From Balanoglossus misakiensis (lineage: Eukaryota > Animalia > Hemichordata): a stretch of 64,000 nucleotides of DNA. The position numbers and the translations under genes were made by a program. Under the pieces are notes generated by a model. That model searched no databases. It had not been told where the DNA came from and saw only the letters and a list, made by a program, of their open reading frames with translations. The DNA is taken from NCBI GenBank assembly GCA_040954595.2, contig CM082578.2:2400831-2464830 (forward strand), read 5' to 3'. Below are positions 12,750 to 25,781 of this stretch, in pieces (the first letter of the stretch is position 1; each line of letters begins with the position of its first letter).

Positions 12750-13569
12750 CTGCAACAGAGAAACAGAAACCTTAAAGCGTTATTTTGGTCTGAGGGTCAA
12801 ACACAGAATAGCACAGGTCGACAAGGTTGCAGTTCAATCAGAAGTTCATAGAATATACCTCACGCAGGTTTAGCCCTTTCACCCCCATGGTTCAGTCCAA
12901 ATCCATTGTTTTCTATGGAAAGGTTGGACCTCTTAGGAGGGAACTAGGGGTGACAGTGTTATAAATAATGAGATTGTACTATTATTTTTGGAAACATTGA
13001 TTTCATACAAAGCTAAGGTACCCTATCTGAAGACTACAGAACAACATTTTACATTTCTTCCTGTGCTTACAGCCCATATTTTGAAGCTATGGGATTCTTT
13101 GTACTGATTGCTGCACTTTGCATCAGGATGACTGGAGTGCATCTGTGTGCCTTGGCCCTCATGGGAAAGATGGTCACCGGCCTTGGTTGAATAATCTCAA
13201 CACAGCAAATGATTTAGTGCGCTCAGAATACACCTATACTGCCATGACTAGCATACGATCACGAAATTCTACCAATTAGAAATAATAAATGATATCATAG
13301 TTTTGACTCCTAGTTGTGACCTAACTGCCCTCACATATACCCCTCACACTTACTCACAGCCCTACATCACAGGACATCTGTGCATCATACACACCTTATA
13401 TTTCCTTCATAGTGACATCTTATAACAACGGTCGGAGTGTCGTCCTCCCACTCATCCTGAAACACGAGAATGACAAGAATGTTTATCCTTCCATCTAACA
13501 TCACTTATACTCCACATCATGGCCATAATTCCATTAAGATAACACACACAGATTGGAAATAATATCAAT

Positions 13570-13747
13570 TATTATACATCTGGCACCGAGAACAATAGAA
13601 TTTAGCGTGCACTAAAAAGCCGTACGGAACGGTACGTACGGAACGCGTGTTAAATATGCCTTGAGTTTCAAGGCGCCCCAACTCACCGTGTACAGGTATG
13701 CGCTGTTATGCGGAGGGTTTCAAGACACCCCCACTCCAACGCACGTA
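13570..13747 (+). repeat. Dispersed repeat, second copy at about 61442-61620
   Basis: Shared ATTATACATCT...AAAAAGCCGTACGGAACGGTACGTACGGAACGCG...CCCCAACTCACCGTGTACAGGTATGCG. Confidence 0.8.
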
Positions 13748-14637
13748 AGTACATGAGGTTATTATGAAAATACCGCATTTTCACGTTTTCCGTTTTTTAT
13801 TCATGATTAATCCAACACTTTTCAAGACACATTCTAAGCAAAAATGAAAATTATTGACTACACTTCAATGGCACTCTGCTCCGTAGAACAAAGTGTCCCC
13901 CCTGTCCCCCCTTTTTGGTAACGCACGTCGCCAGACTCCATGAGAGCGATTGCATACCCTTCCTTACATACACTGTATACGAACGCGTCTGTCCTGGCTA
14001 GCAACGGAGTCGTACGATCGTCTACAGCGCGCGCTGGGCCGGGCGCGTGCGCGCGTGTGGTTGTAGATTGCTCAATCACTTCCGCGTTCCGCGGCGCTAG
14101 TACGTTCGCTCGCATATTTTGCAAGTCCGGCGCTAGTGCGTTCGCTCGCATATTTTGCAAGTCCAGCTGTAGCTAGGCCGTTCGTGAGTGTAGTTCTCGT
14201 TCACATAAAAAAAAACACGAAATAATTTATTGTGTGTTCGTTTAGGCCTATGCTAAATTATCCATACACTTTATTGCTCCATGACGCCTGTGGTTACACG
14301 AGGCAACTCGGCAGGCAACTCGGTAGGCAACTCGACGCGCAACTCGAGTCGCGTCGCTACATCGAACAGTTTACACATGACGTGGCATTCGTGTAGAACA
14401 GACGTTTGGAACAACAAACGATACTTGTACATGTAAATTATGATACATCCCTCAAAAGCCAAAGGTCTTGAGAGGCAATTTTATACCCTGTATATTTTGT
14501 ACTATAGGTTAGATAAGTCGCGGGCGCGCACGCACGCGTACACATCCCTTTACTGCTCAGGACGAGATCGCACATGAAGTACGGTGCCTAGTGTAAGAGG
14601 TACGCGTACATTCATTAGAACAAAGTGCTTCTAAAGA

Positions 14638-15336
14638 TAGACTTGCTCCAAGTCTATGGGCTGTGTAGGGAACGTGTCGGCCCATAGACTTGTACACCTT
14701 GCTGCTTTCCGGTTGCTATGAATTATTCATGTTGACGTCATTTATGAATATTCATTAGCTAATTTAAATAGTGGGCGGAGTTTCAATGCATTACCTCGAG
14801 TACCCGAAAATCATATTTGGGTATCTCATAGCGAAAACGCAAACGGGTTTACTCATTTTATGTGAAATTCGTTCATCAATTTTTATGGTCTGATGGCTGA
14901 AACCATAGTTGCAGTGCAGCGACACTGTACGATGTATACGCTCAAATTACAGAGTGCGCGTGCCACACAAACAGACGTTGACATCACAGGTCGCGCCGTA
15001 CTTGACTTACGAACGTGGGTTCTACGCGTTCACGTTATATCACATCTCTTTATTCTCATTGGCGCACGGGATCGACGCCCCTGTCAATCATTCTCGACTA
15101 TGTCAACAAACGGCCTGAGCGTTTGTAGATTTTGCAAGGTGTACTAGTCGCTTGGTCGACGCTACCCGAAACCACAAGCCCAATCCAAAATTCGAAACTC
15201 ACCTCACTACCAAAAACACGTTCAAGGCAAGCATGCACGCAAAAAGTATTGAAATTATTTATTAAGACAAAAAAACACCGAAAACACAAAAAGTATTGAG
15301 ACTTAAAAATCTCCAAGCGACGAGTGGGCTAGTCTA
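14638..15336. mobile_element. Non-autonomous DNA element with TAGACT...AGTCTA ends and 9-bp TSD
   Basis: TTCTAAAGA at 14629-14637 and 15337-15345. Same termini as 16696-16982. Confidence 0.8.
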
Positions 15337-16695
15337 TTCTAAAGATTAAAAAACATGTAAACAATCTCACTAATTGTCAAATTACAAAAACGGGGTTGAA
15401 TCACGTTAACAGTCAAACCATTTCTCGCGTACTTGGTGTTACAAGGTGTTTGCCAATGTCATTTGACTTACTACTGGTATAGACCTTGAAAGCAAATGGA
15501 TATATCATCGAATTTTCTGTGTTATTGCTGCGTTTGGAAACTATCGGCCGCTGTGCCATATTTCAGCCTCCATATTTATTTTTCGTTGGTTGATTAATAT
15601 TCGATACGATATTATGATATGACGATATTAGAAAACTATTTACCAAACTTCTCTCTCTCTTTTCAATTTGTATACAGTTTTAGCATGTCTAGCACTTCTC
15701 AGCATGTTTTCTTTATCGTATGTCATACATGTCGGCCGTGAGGTTCGCGCGCAGGACGTCGCCATTTTGGAATAATAATCTCCCGTCATGCATCGCAGCT
15801 GTCCCGATTCCGCCTGGCGATTTGTCTACCGGGTTTCCCCAGACCCTCTTTCTGGAGTGCCTAACGGAAGAAGCAGAGGGCTCTGGGTAACCGAGACTAC
15901 TGCCATCTATACTCCTTGCTCATTTGCATACATGCATATGCATATTCTTCTTTTGATATGCAAATGATATTCTAATACAGTATGTTACGTGAGTATAGAT
16001 GGCAGAAGCGTGTGCCAACTATGCTCTCTTGCCAACTACAACTATGCTCTCTTGCCAACTATACTATAGTATAGCGTTAATTTTCTCTTAGTAATAATAA
16101 AACAGAACTTATGTTTTATTCTTCACATAAGCCTGGCATTGGGTCTAACGTTCGACTCGCCGGGACATGTGTCGACTCATGTCAGTGCTGTGGGGAGTGG
16201 CCTTGATATCGACGCACATAAACTCAAGTACCCGGTACCCGAAAATGGTCAGTATCGTTATTTTGCGGGTCTGCGGGTCAAGGTGCGGGTCAAAGTGCGG
16301 GCCAATTTGCGGGTCGCCCCAAAAACGAATGAGACTTCTGTGCAATTGTTTCTTGGAATAAAATGAACCCAAAATATAATCCCAGTTCCTCTTATACCAT
16401 AATAACTTTCGTGAATACCTCGAAAAATACAACATCTTTCAATATTACAATGGAATCGACCAAGGATACTGGCTGCGGTGCGGGTCGTGTATTGCGCCAC
16501 CAGTGACGTCATGCTTTCCCGCCATCCGGTCAAGATGTCCACCGACATGAGGCTCGTATCGAGCGATCGTATTCTTTAGAATCGTTATTCATATGCAAAG
16601 TATAATGATTTGTATTGTAAAAGATTGTCGTGATTGCATCTATGACTCGAGCTGCGTGTCACGCACTCAACCTAACCCCATGTAATATGTTTTAC

Positions 16696-16982
16696 TAGAC
16701 TTGCTCCAAGTCTATGGGCTTCATTATGCATGTTATTAGCTCTGCGTGGCAGGGCTGTGTTGTTACGGCGAGCCCTCCACCCTCGCCGTAACAACACAGC
16801 CCTGCCACGCATAGCTAGCATGTTATGTGTAGGGAACGCGACGCTACAAGAAATCACAAGCTCAGTCCCAAATTCGAAACTTGCCTCACTACCAAAAACA
16901 CGCTCAAGGCAGACATGAAAACACCGAAAACACAAAAAGTATTGAGATTTAAAAATCACCAAGCGACTAGTGGGCTAGTCTA
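16696..16982. mobile_element. Internally deleted copy of the TAGACT element with 7-bp TSD, containing an 81-bp hairpin insertion
   Basis: GTTTTAC at 16689-16695 and 16983-16989. Inner hairpin 16737-16817 is flanked by a GCATGTTAT duplication. Confidence 0.8.
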
Positions 16983-18184
16983 GTTTTACGCGTACAAAGC
17001 CTAGTTGATTTTTTCACATTTTGATGACATATGAAGAGGATTTGATTTTCATAATGTGTTATCCCTCGAGGTCTTAAAAGCAGTCTGATATTATTGGTGG
17101 GACCATAGTGTTATCCCTGCACTTCGGACATTTTTGTTTTTGCTTGTTGTAGTGTACATTTTAAAGTGAAAAAAATACATAAAATCAAATTAACTTGTCA
17201 ACTTGCAAAACTTGAATTGAACAATCAGCAGATTGTGAAAATTGACAATCTTTGCTTGTTTAGAAAATTTTGGTACTAATAGTGATGTTATTACCACTTT
17301 ATTTCAGTGATGTCATACTGATAGGCTTTATGCGACATAATAAACCATGGAAGACATCATATTTTCAAAGAAGATCTCGTGTTAAGTCCCTATTAGACTT
17401 CCTGGCCAGAGCTGGATTGTTTCTTAGAAACAAAAACTTTATCCCTTGCAAGTGGACAAGCAGAAAAATGGAAATATAAGACACAAAGAGTTATTGAATA
17501 AAAATTTACATACATATTTAAAAAAAAAACTTGTGTTTATTTGTGTATGATATGGTGTGTGCTGGTTACAGGATATATTTTTCAACAATCTTAGGACAGG
17601 ATTGCCATATTGAAAGTGTTGACCCGCACTGGCCCGCAACCCGCACCGGCCCGCAACCCGCATGACCCGCACAATAGTTACACTCAAAATGGTCGGCTCG
17701 GTCGTGCGACTGTGGGCTCAGTTCGTTTGATCACGGTTTGCGAAAGTTCGTTCTACAGGACTTGCATGAAAATTACTGTACTGTCGATAGCAAATTGTGA
17801 ATTTATTTATCTAATGTGTGCGTGTTATTAGTGTATGAAAGCCTCCAGAGCTGCCAATACGTTTTGCATTATCTTCATGACTTGTATATTTTCCATTTAA
17901 ATTGGTCCATAAAGCTTACTGATATAGATGAACACCTTAAAGATGCCCGATTGTGGCTTTATGTAGTGATTTGAAAACGCGCGCTTTGTATTTATTTTTT
18001 TAAACGGTGCCGCACCAATTTAATCAACATCCATACAAACAGTACGCAGCCATCACGGATGCAAATGCATGTAATATGGCTATATAGTGACGATTTTAGA
18101 ATATAAGGGTTATACTGGTACATGTAGTTGAAATATTTTACTTTAGAAAAAATATATGTGAAATTGGGCAGCTATAGCTTGATT

Positions 18185-19024
18185 GGCAATAGGAGTATAG
18201 ATGGCAGGATGGATCGAGGGCAATGGGAGTATAGATGGCAGGATGGATCGAGGGCAATGGGAGTATAGATGGCAGGATGGATCGAGGGCAATGGGAGTAT
18301 AGATGGCAGGATGGATCGAGGGCAATGGGAGTATAGATGGCAGGATGGATCGAGGGCAATAGGAGTATAGATGGCAGGATGGATCGAGGGCAATGGGAGT
18401 ATAGATGGCAGGATGGATCGAGGGCAATGGGAGTATAGATGGCAGGATGGATCGAGGGCAATGGGAGTATAGATGGCAGGATGGATCGAGGGCAATGGGA
18501 GTATAGATGGCAGGATGGATCGAGGGCAATAGGAGTATAGATGGCAGGATGGATCGAGGGCAATGGGAGTATAGATGGCAGGATGGATCGAGGGCAATGG
18601 GAGTATAGATGGCAGGATGGATCGAGGGCAATGGGAGTATAGATGGCAGGATGGATCGAGGGCAATGGGAGTATAGATGGCAGGATGGATCGAGGGCAAT
18701 AGGAGTATAGATGGCAGGATGGATCGAGGGCAATGGGAGTATAGATGGCAGGATGGATCGAGGGCAATGGGAGTATAGATGGCAGGATGGATCGAGGGCA
18801 ATGGGAGTATAGATGGCAGGATGGATCGAGGGCAATAGGAGTATAGATGGCAGGATGGATCGAGGGCAATGGGAGTATAGATGGCAGGATGGATCGAGGG
18901 CAATAGGAGTATAGATGGCAGGATGGATCGAGGGCAATGGGAGTATAGATGGCAGGATGGATCGAGGGCAATGGGAGTATAGATGGCAGGATGGATCGAG
19001 GGCAATGGGAGTATAGATGGCAGG
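18185..19024. repeat. 34-bp minisatellite, about 24.7 copies
   Basis: Unit GGCAATRGGAGTATAGATGGCAGGATGGATCGAG. Only one position (A/G) varies. Confidence 0.97.
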
Positions 19025-19539
19025 CAGTATAGTTGACAGAGGGCCCTGCCATCTATACTCTCATTGCCATCTATACTGCATGGATCTCTTGAGTATTTAC
19101 CCTACAATGTTTTTGTGATTGTAAAATTGGATTCAGATCAAAATTCTGGAGAAAATGTGTCTATTTGCTGATGACCTGATGAAAAACGGTTGAAAAAGTA
19201 GTGATGTTGTGGTTATTCTTGACCTGAGCTACCGCGACCGTGAGTATAGATTGACAAGAACTACATATTTGCATATCAAAAGAAGAATATGCATATGCAT
19301 GTATGCAAATGAGCAAGGAGTATAGATGGCAGAACACTCACAAAACGCTTTGTGCGTCGAACGCACCCCAGTATTTTACCATGGCTGGATTCAGCTCTAG
19401 TCCAATCAGAATCGCAGACGGTAGCATGATATAATATAATCTACTTTGCGTGTTCGGCCCAAGTGGAAGTTTCCCCGAAGGGGGGCAAAACACAGCTTGC
19501 TATATTTTACGTGAATAAATTACTGTGCTTATAGAAAAT

Positions 19540-19675
19540 AACTTCAATGAGCTACTTGCCAAGATTTTTCAATGAACGAAGTTGTCAGAGCGAGAAATTG
19601 TCATTTTAAAAGTACAGAACTTTGTACAGTGTACGGCAGTTCGTATGGCCGCCATATTGGATTCTGAACTCCCTA
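19540..19675. mobile_element. Solo terminus related to the hATw-like element (end at 57335)
   Basis: GCCATATTGGATTCTGAACTCCCTA is identical to 57311-57335. The upstream sequence is loosely similar. No partner TIR was found. Confidence 0.65.
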
Positions 19676-20522
19676 TTTTGAGAATAGTAAACATACAGAA
19701 CTGTGTGAGGTTAACATAAGGTACATGCATACCTATTTTCAAAGTCAATATGACCAGTGGTTGTTGAGTTTCTAAATTTTAACCAATTTCACGTTTTCTC
19801 AGCTAATTTGCATATTTTTGGCAATGAAAACTTCATTTGAACAAACTCCCATCTACAGCCCTTAATGCATCTGCACACCAAATATGAAGGTTATACGCGC
19901 CGCCACAGACAAAGAGAAACAGACTAGCAACGCTATTGTCAAAAGGTGTGAAGTACATCTCCTAATCCCCCTGTGCCTGTCTTGGCTAGCCTTCAAGGTG
20001 CAGCTTGTCTCCGAAGATTTCCGAACGTACCCACTTCGGCAATGTCCGGAATTTTCCCGATAATAAAACGAAAGTGTTTTCGTGAAAGTTCGTGTTGTTG
20101 TTGTCAGTCAGCTGTAGACGGAAGGCGAGTGGACAGTGAAAATTGGAGGAAGTTTGAGCATCGTGTTCTGTAAACCTGCATGGGTTGTAAGTGTAAATTT
20201 AACTTCTAATGTGTAAAATTTGGTTGTCGTCAAGTAGTGTTTCAGTCGAGTCCTGAATGCAAAGCTGTGTCAGGCAAGGTACTGCAGCTGTCAATAATGA
20301 CGCAACCGCAAAGTATTCTGGGAAATCTCCGCGGTGTCTAACACATTTGAAGCCTATTGTTTGCCGTTGTTTGCCGAGGTGGACAAGACATCAAAGTGAC
20401 ATGCCGCGTTGCTAGTCTGTTTTTTCACTTTGTCTGTGGCGCTGCGGTTTTCAAGTTTTTGATGTGGGCGGACGTACCTGACATACATCCATCCATCTAT
20501 ACAGACGCAACCGATCCCATAA

Positions 20523-21477
20523 GGGACCGTTCAGTTTTTACGGCCGGGGGGGGGGGGGGGGCGGCAAAATCCAGGGGGGGGGTCACTTGAATTTTGAAGT
20601 CCTAAAGGGGGGGGTCATCTGGGTTTTTTAAACGTTTAGGGGGGGGGGGGTCACATACTTTTGCCACCAAACTTTTGCTTTTGAGTCCACAAAATTGCAG
20701 TTTCGCGCTCTTCATTTTGCAAAATTTTCTAATGTGGGAGGGGATGACGCCAAAATCTTCTAACTTTGAGTGGAGTGGCAAAAGTAATATTGGTCCTCCC
20801 AAACATTGAGATAATTTGCTTTTGAGTTCATTAATATGCAACTTTGCGCTATTATTTTACAAAATTTTCTTATGTGAGAGGGGGACACCTCCTCCCACAC
20901 CCACCCCCTTCATGCATTTATTCGCTGGTTTGTCTAGTGTACCGGGGCAGACTTCTTGCCACCCCACCCCGATGCTTACTTTGAGTGGAGTGGCAAAATT
21001 AAAATTTGTCCTCCCTAACATTGAGTTAATTTGCTTTTTAGTTCATTAAAATGCAACTTTGAGCACCGTATTTTACAAAATTTTCGTATGTGGGAGGGGG
21101 ACACCTCCTCCCACGCCCACCCCCGCCACTTTTCTTGTTTTACCAATTCTAGCAACTATTGTATTGACTTGTCATTTTAATGTGTTCATAGATTTCTTTA
21201 TTGCAACGATATACTATTATATACTTCAATTACTTTAAGAAATTTATAATTGAGGTGTGAGGAGCCTCATTCCCTTTATTGCATACAGTCTACATAGAAT
21301 CAGGACGGCGAATGTTTTCGGCGGGGGGGGGGGGGGGGGGTCATCATATTTTTGGGTCTGTCAAAGGGGGGGTCATCATTTTTTGGTCCTGGACGAAGGG
21401 GGGGTCGGCCTGATTTTGAAAACCGATGACACAAACTTGCCAGCCCCCCCCCCCTGCCGTAAAAACTGAACGGTCCC
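20523..21477. mobile_element. PIF/Harbinger-type MITE with TAA TSD
   Basis: TIR GGGACCGTTCAGTTTTTACGGC / GCCGTAAAAACTGAACGGTCCC, TAA on both sides, subterminal G-runs. Confidence 0.88.
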
Positions 21478-22151
21478 TAAGGTCCCACTAAATCTATATC
21501 TATACCAAAATGGGACCAAATAAAAAACACGATTTTAAGAGGGTTTTGAGAAACTTGCACTATGTTGCCAGCCACCACAGCCCGTGCACATCAATCATCT
21601 CAGAGAGTCATAATGTGCTGATCGGACCTTTGACTCTATAATTGCTCGGACATTGACTTCAAATGTTGGGGTTTATTTGCAATGAAACAAGGTTGAATTC
21701 TCGTTTTTCACTTGGTTGAGTGACAAACTTAGACATAGAATGCCATGGTGCTATTCTCTGGCATTGTTGATGGAGAAAGAATAGGTGACCAGTTCTGCGA
21801 AGCAGCTGACCAGATGTCTTGATGGCCCTGCTTAGCGAGAACTCAGAATTTTATATCTGCTGGCCAAGAATTATAGTCCGAATTGCATTGTTTGGTCAAT
21901 TACCTCTGTATGCCTGATTCTTGATGTTGGTAAAAACCATAAACAACCTTGTTTATTTGGGTAGATTTTATGGGACCTTAACATAGTCCTTTGTGGTAGA
22001 CTTGCATTATACAAATAAGGACTAGAGAGAGGGTCACATTTAAGCACTTTGGGTACAGTTTGATATGACCAATCTGAGGTTGCATTCTTGCATCTTAAAG
22101 TTAACATACCCCTTTGTGCGAGAGTTACGTCATTATACAAATTTGGACTAA

Positions 22152-22934
22152 GGCTGCATTCACAAACACCTCTGGAGGGGGGGGCAGGAGAATTGAGGGG
22201 GGGGGGATTTGAAAAAAATTGAGGGTATGTAAGGGGGGATTTGAAATAATTTAGGGACTGAAAGGGGGGGACTTGAAAACTTTGACGACTAAATATTTAT
22301 TTTGAGTCCACAAAAATGCAGTTTCGCGCCCTTTATTTTACAAAATTTTCTAATTTGCACCCACCCCCTCCATCCATCAACACCTTTCAAACATTGACTG
22401 GTTTATCTAGTGTCCCAGGTCAAGGGACTTGCCCCAACCCCATGATAACTTTGAGCGCCGACGGTTAAATTTGTCCTCCCCAACATACCGGTAGTTGAGT
22501 TAATTTGCTTTTGCCGGGTTCATTAAAATGCAGCTTTGAGCTCTGTATTTTATAAAATTTTCTTACGTGGGAGGGGGACACCCCCTCCCAAACCCACCCC
22601 CTTCAATTCTCGGTTTACAATGTCTCCCAACACAGAATACAAAACACTTAAAAAATAAAAACAATATTCAGTTTTAATACCCACTGATGAGGGGAAACAT
22701 CAGTTTCAAATTCTTTTCATGGGAGCGCTGTTTTTCTTTTTTACAAGATAGATAGTTGATGTGTTTTGCTCTGTGAAAGAAAGTGGGGGGGGGATTTCAA
22801 AATTTTGGCAGTTCGGAAGGGGGGGATTTGAAAATATTCGGGTTGTGTACGGGGGGCATGTGAAAATTAGCGGTAAAAAAAATTGAATTCTCCCGCCCCC
22901 CCCCCCCCCTCCAGAGGTGTTTGTGAATGCAGCC
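22152..22934. mobile_element. PIF/Harbinger-type MITE with TAA TSD
   Basis: TIR GGCTGCATTCACAAACACCTCTGGAGGGGGGGG and its exact reverse complement, TAA on both flanks. Internal sequence resembles 20523-21477. Confidence 0.88.
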
Positions 22935-23468
22935 TAATATAGAAGGAGGGTAACACTTATTAAATTTTCTGCTGCTGGGAGAGATCTGCATTTAACATGA
23001 CTGATTGACCCCAATTTCTCGTGCCTCCGCCCTCAGAATAAATGAAAGCTTTGTTACAGCATGGAGGTACTTTCTAGTACCTTCTAGTACTTTCTAGTAC
23101 CTCCACTGTTACAGCAACCAATTCTCCCAACCTTAAATAGGTTTTAAGCTACCTAAGTGAGTGATGAAAATCTCATAAGGTCAACACAATTTCAAGATGG
23201 CCGATTTTTGCCATGTTTAAAAAATGGGAGTTCATGAGCCCAAGTGATGATGGGTCATTCTGAAACTTTTTAACAGAAAAAATAACAAAATGTGAAAAAA
23301 GTTAAAATGAGTTGCTAACTACAAAAACAGACATGTTTGACCAAAAGAAGTCATGAAATACAGTAAACATATCATTTCTTCTATCTCTTACTACAGTGGG
23401 TTGTCGACTTTTCGCCCAGAATGCAATGTGATTTGACCCCTTGGCGCAAAGTGAAAACCTATTTTTAA

Positions 23469-24190
23469 GGTGACATCGCATGAAACCATCGAGACTTTTT
23501 CAGAGGCCTATTTCTCATTAAAGACAACGTTAAAACCCCCATAAACCATATACATTCTGGAAGCTGAGTTTTTTGAACTTTTGTTTGAGTTGCATATATT
23601 ATTGATCCCCGGAAATTGTGGCGTTTTGGGGTTAAAAAACACGTTTTTTGATATTATGTCATTCAGTTTAAATTAGGTAAAAAAGTTGACCATGCATCAT
23701 GCATCTTAATATGTCATTCGAAACTAGAGTACACATGCAAAAAAACGATAATTTTGTTTTGCGTTATCTGCTTCCATTGAGTAGTAACAGCGTTTGAAAG
23801 TTAGATTAAAAAAAAAATTTGATCAAATTCACGGTGAGTTGTATTGAACCAGAGTTTATTCCCGCCAGGGACACATTATCGACTAACAAAAAATCCGTTT
23901 TGTTAGGTGGGTCATACACAATCCCCTGTTAAAATTTGAGCAAATTCGGCCAACTCAGAGCGAAGCTAAATTCTTCTGAAGGTGTCAAGAGCAGCGAAAA
24001 CGCAAACTGAGAAAAACGGCCATTTGCATTGTTGACACCTATTTGTTAAGCTGTGGACTCGTTCAGAAAAGTGCTATTTTTGGGTGATTATGCACCATTT
24101 CTGCCCAGGATGTGGATCAGTATTAGACCTACCGATTTATGTAAAAAAGTAAATTTTGGCAAAAATCACAACTTTTCATGCAATGCCACC
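23469..24190. mobile_element. Kolobok-type MITE with TTAA TSD
   Basis: TTAA|GGTGACATCGCATGAAA ... TTTCATGCAATGCCACC|TTAA. An inverted sister copy lies at 36710-37434. Confidence 0.85.
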
Positions 24191-24299
24191 TTAAGGCAGC
24201 CAGAATTCATATTACCCCTCCAGTCAGTGCAGATATAAGACCACACATTTAAAAAAAATATTTTTTTATTTTTTTAATAATTAGTGTACACATCTGAAT

Positions 24300-24551
24300 T
24301 GAACTAAATAAATAAAATAAATAAATATATACACTGAGTAAATAAACTAAGTAAATAAATGTATGCTAACTAAACCTATGCTACCTAAAGTAATTAGATA
24401 AACCTAATTAACTAAATACTAAACTTATACTAATTAACTAAGAACTAACTAACTAACTAATTAACTAACTCACTAACTAACTAACTAAACTATTCAAAAG
24501 TTTGGAAAAATACATGTGTACACTCACTCACTCACTCACTCACTTAGACAG

Positions 24552-24585
<34 letters not shown>

Positions 24586-24592
24586 AGACAAA
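24300..24592. repeat. Compound microsatellites (TAAA/TAAC, ACTC, GACA/GACG)
   Basis: Visible tetranucleotide runs. Confidence 0.85.
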
Positions 24593-25299
24593 CAGGTGTA
24601 TCAAAATGGGTATTACTGAGGAGGGGGGGGCAGTTTGTGCCAAGACTGGTTGGGGCATTTCAAAGGACATTGCAAAATCAAATTTACTTGAGGCAACCTG
24701 AGGAAATTGTTAAGACGGATTCTCATGTGCCATGGTTAGGGTGCTCCTTTTTTTATAATTATCATAAGTGGGTAAACATTTATCATCAGCGACTTCAAAA
24801 TCTTGCGTCCACACATGTTATTTGAGTTTCAAATAAGGTCGGAGATCAACAGGCATTTGCATGATCCATTGCCGATTCATGGTAACTTTTCATTGGAGGT
24901 TGCACTTGAAAGACAAAATGCAAAGTAGTTTTTTTTTTGTTATGAAACAAAAGTTACATGAAAAACCTGCTTGATTTCCGATCCATACATTGTATAGCAG
25001 CATTCAAGTAAACAAGCTTTGCCAGTGTTCTGGTCATTTTTTTTTTTTTTTTTTTTTTTTTTCTTTTTTTTTTCGCTTTTTGAACTCTTACTCGTATCTT
25101 CTTGAGAAAACTCACAGCTTGGGTTTTAAACAGAGGTGTTGCGGAATAAACTACAACTACAAACACTAAGTAAATGTCTGAAAAATAAACTAAATAAAGT
25201 ATTCAAACAAGATAAATGATTACAATCAAAGATAAAAAATTCGATTTCAAACAATTTGCAGATTTGCCATTCAGGCAAATACAGCCAAAGCAAGAGATG

Positions 25300-25781
25300 T
25301 CAAGCAAAGTGAGCAACTCTTACAGCAAGTTGGAAAGTACAAATGCCGACAGATTGTTTAACCTTATGATTGAATGTTGATGCCATAGCGCATTGGATGG
25401 TATTGTGAAAATGTGTCATCTACATTGTGTTTCAATATAGCTCCCAGCAGTATTCACTTCGTGTGAACTTCTCCACGCCTTCAACCAATTTGTCAGTCTT
25501 GTTGGTCATTTGTGAGGTGCTATGATTAACCCCTGCAACTGTCAATCCAGCAGAGGCAATGTCATTAACAATGAATTGCACATGCATAACTGACTTAGAG
25601 GGCCCAGAGGGAAAACCAGTTTCATTCAAAAACGAAGAATAGCCGGTGCCTTGGGGGTCTAAACCATGGGATTTGCAACAATAACACTGTTGTCCCCTGA
25701 TATCAATGCATCCGTAGAAGAATTTGAAAAGCTTGGTGATAAAACTGCAGCAAATATGTCACATGCAAATGAGAGTAGTAC
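25300..25781 (-). pseudogene. Decayed exon of an unidentified gene (left paralogue)
   Basis: Acceptor tcattacAG. Translated segments (LNETGF..VEKFTRSEYCWELY..TIQC..VKQ) align with the inverted paralogue at 37884-38330. In-frame stops are present. Confidence 0.5.

Larger units (their letters stand above)
15900..19332. mobile_element. Non-autonomous TIR element (~65-bp TIRs) containing a satellite and nested insertions
   Basis: CTGCCATCTATACTCCTTGCTCATTTGCATACATGCATATGCATATTCTTCTTTTGATATGCAAAT at 15900 is the reverse complement of about 19267-19332. Confidence 0.8.

Noticed and set aside
14088-14350. Short tandem duplications (38 bp and 12 bp) in a CpG-rich patch as a promoter
   Set aside because: No linked gene start is visible. 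More likely internal repeats of an unidentified element.
18138-19052. Three overlapping 264-304 aa ORFs, and a CRISPR-like appearance
   Set aside because: They result from a stop-free 34-bp unit cycling through all frames. There are no spacers and no cas genes.
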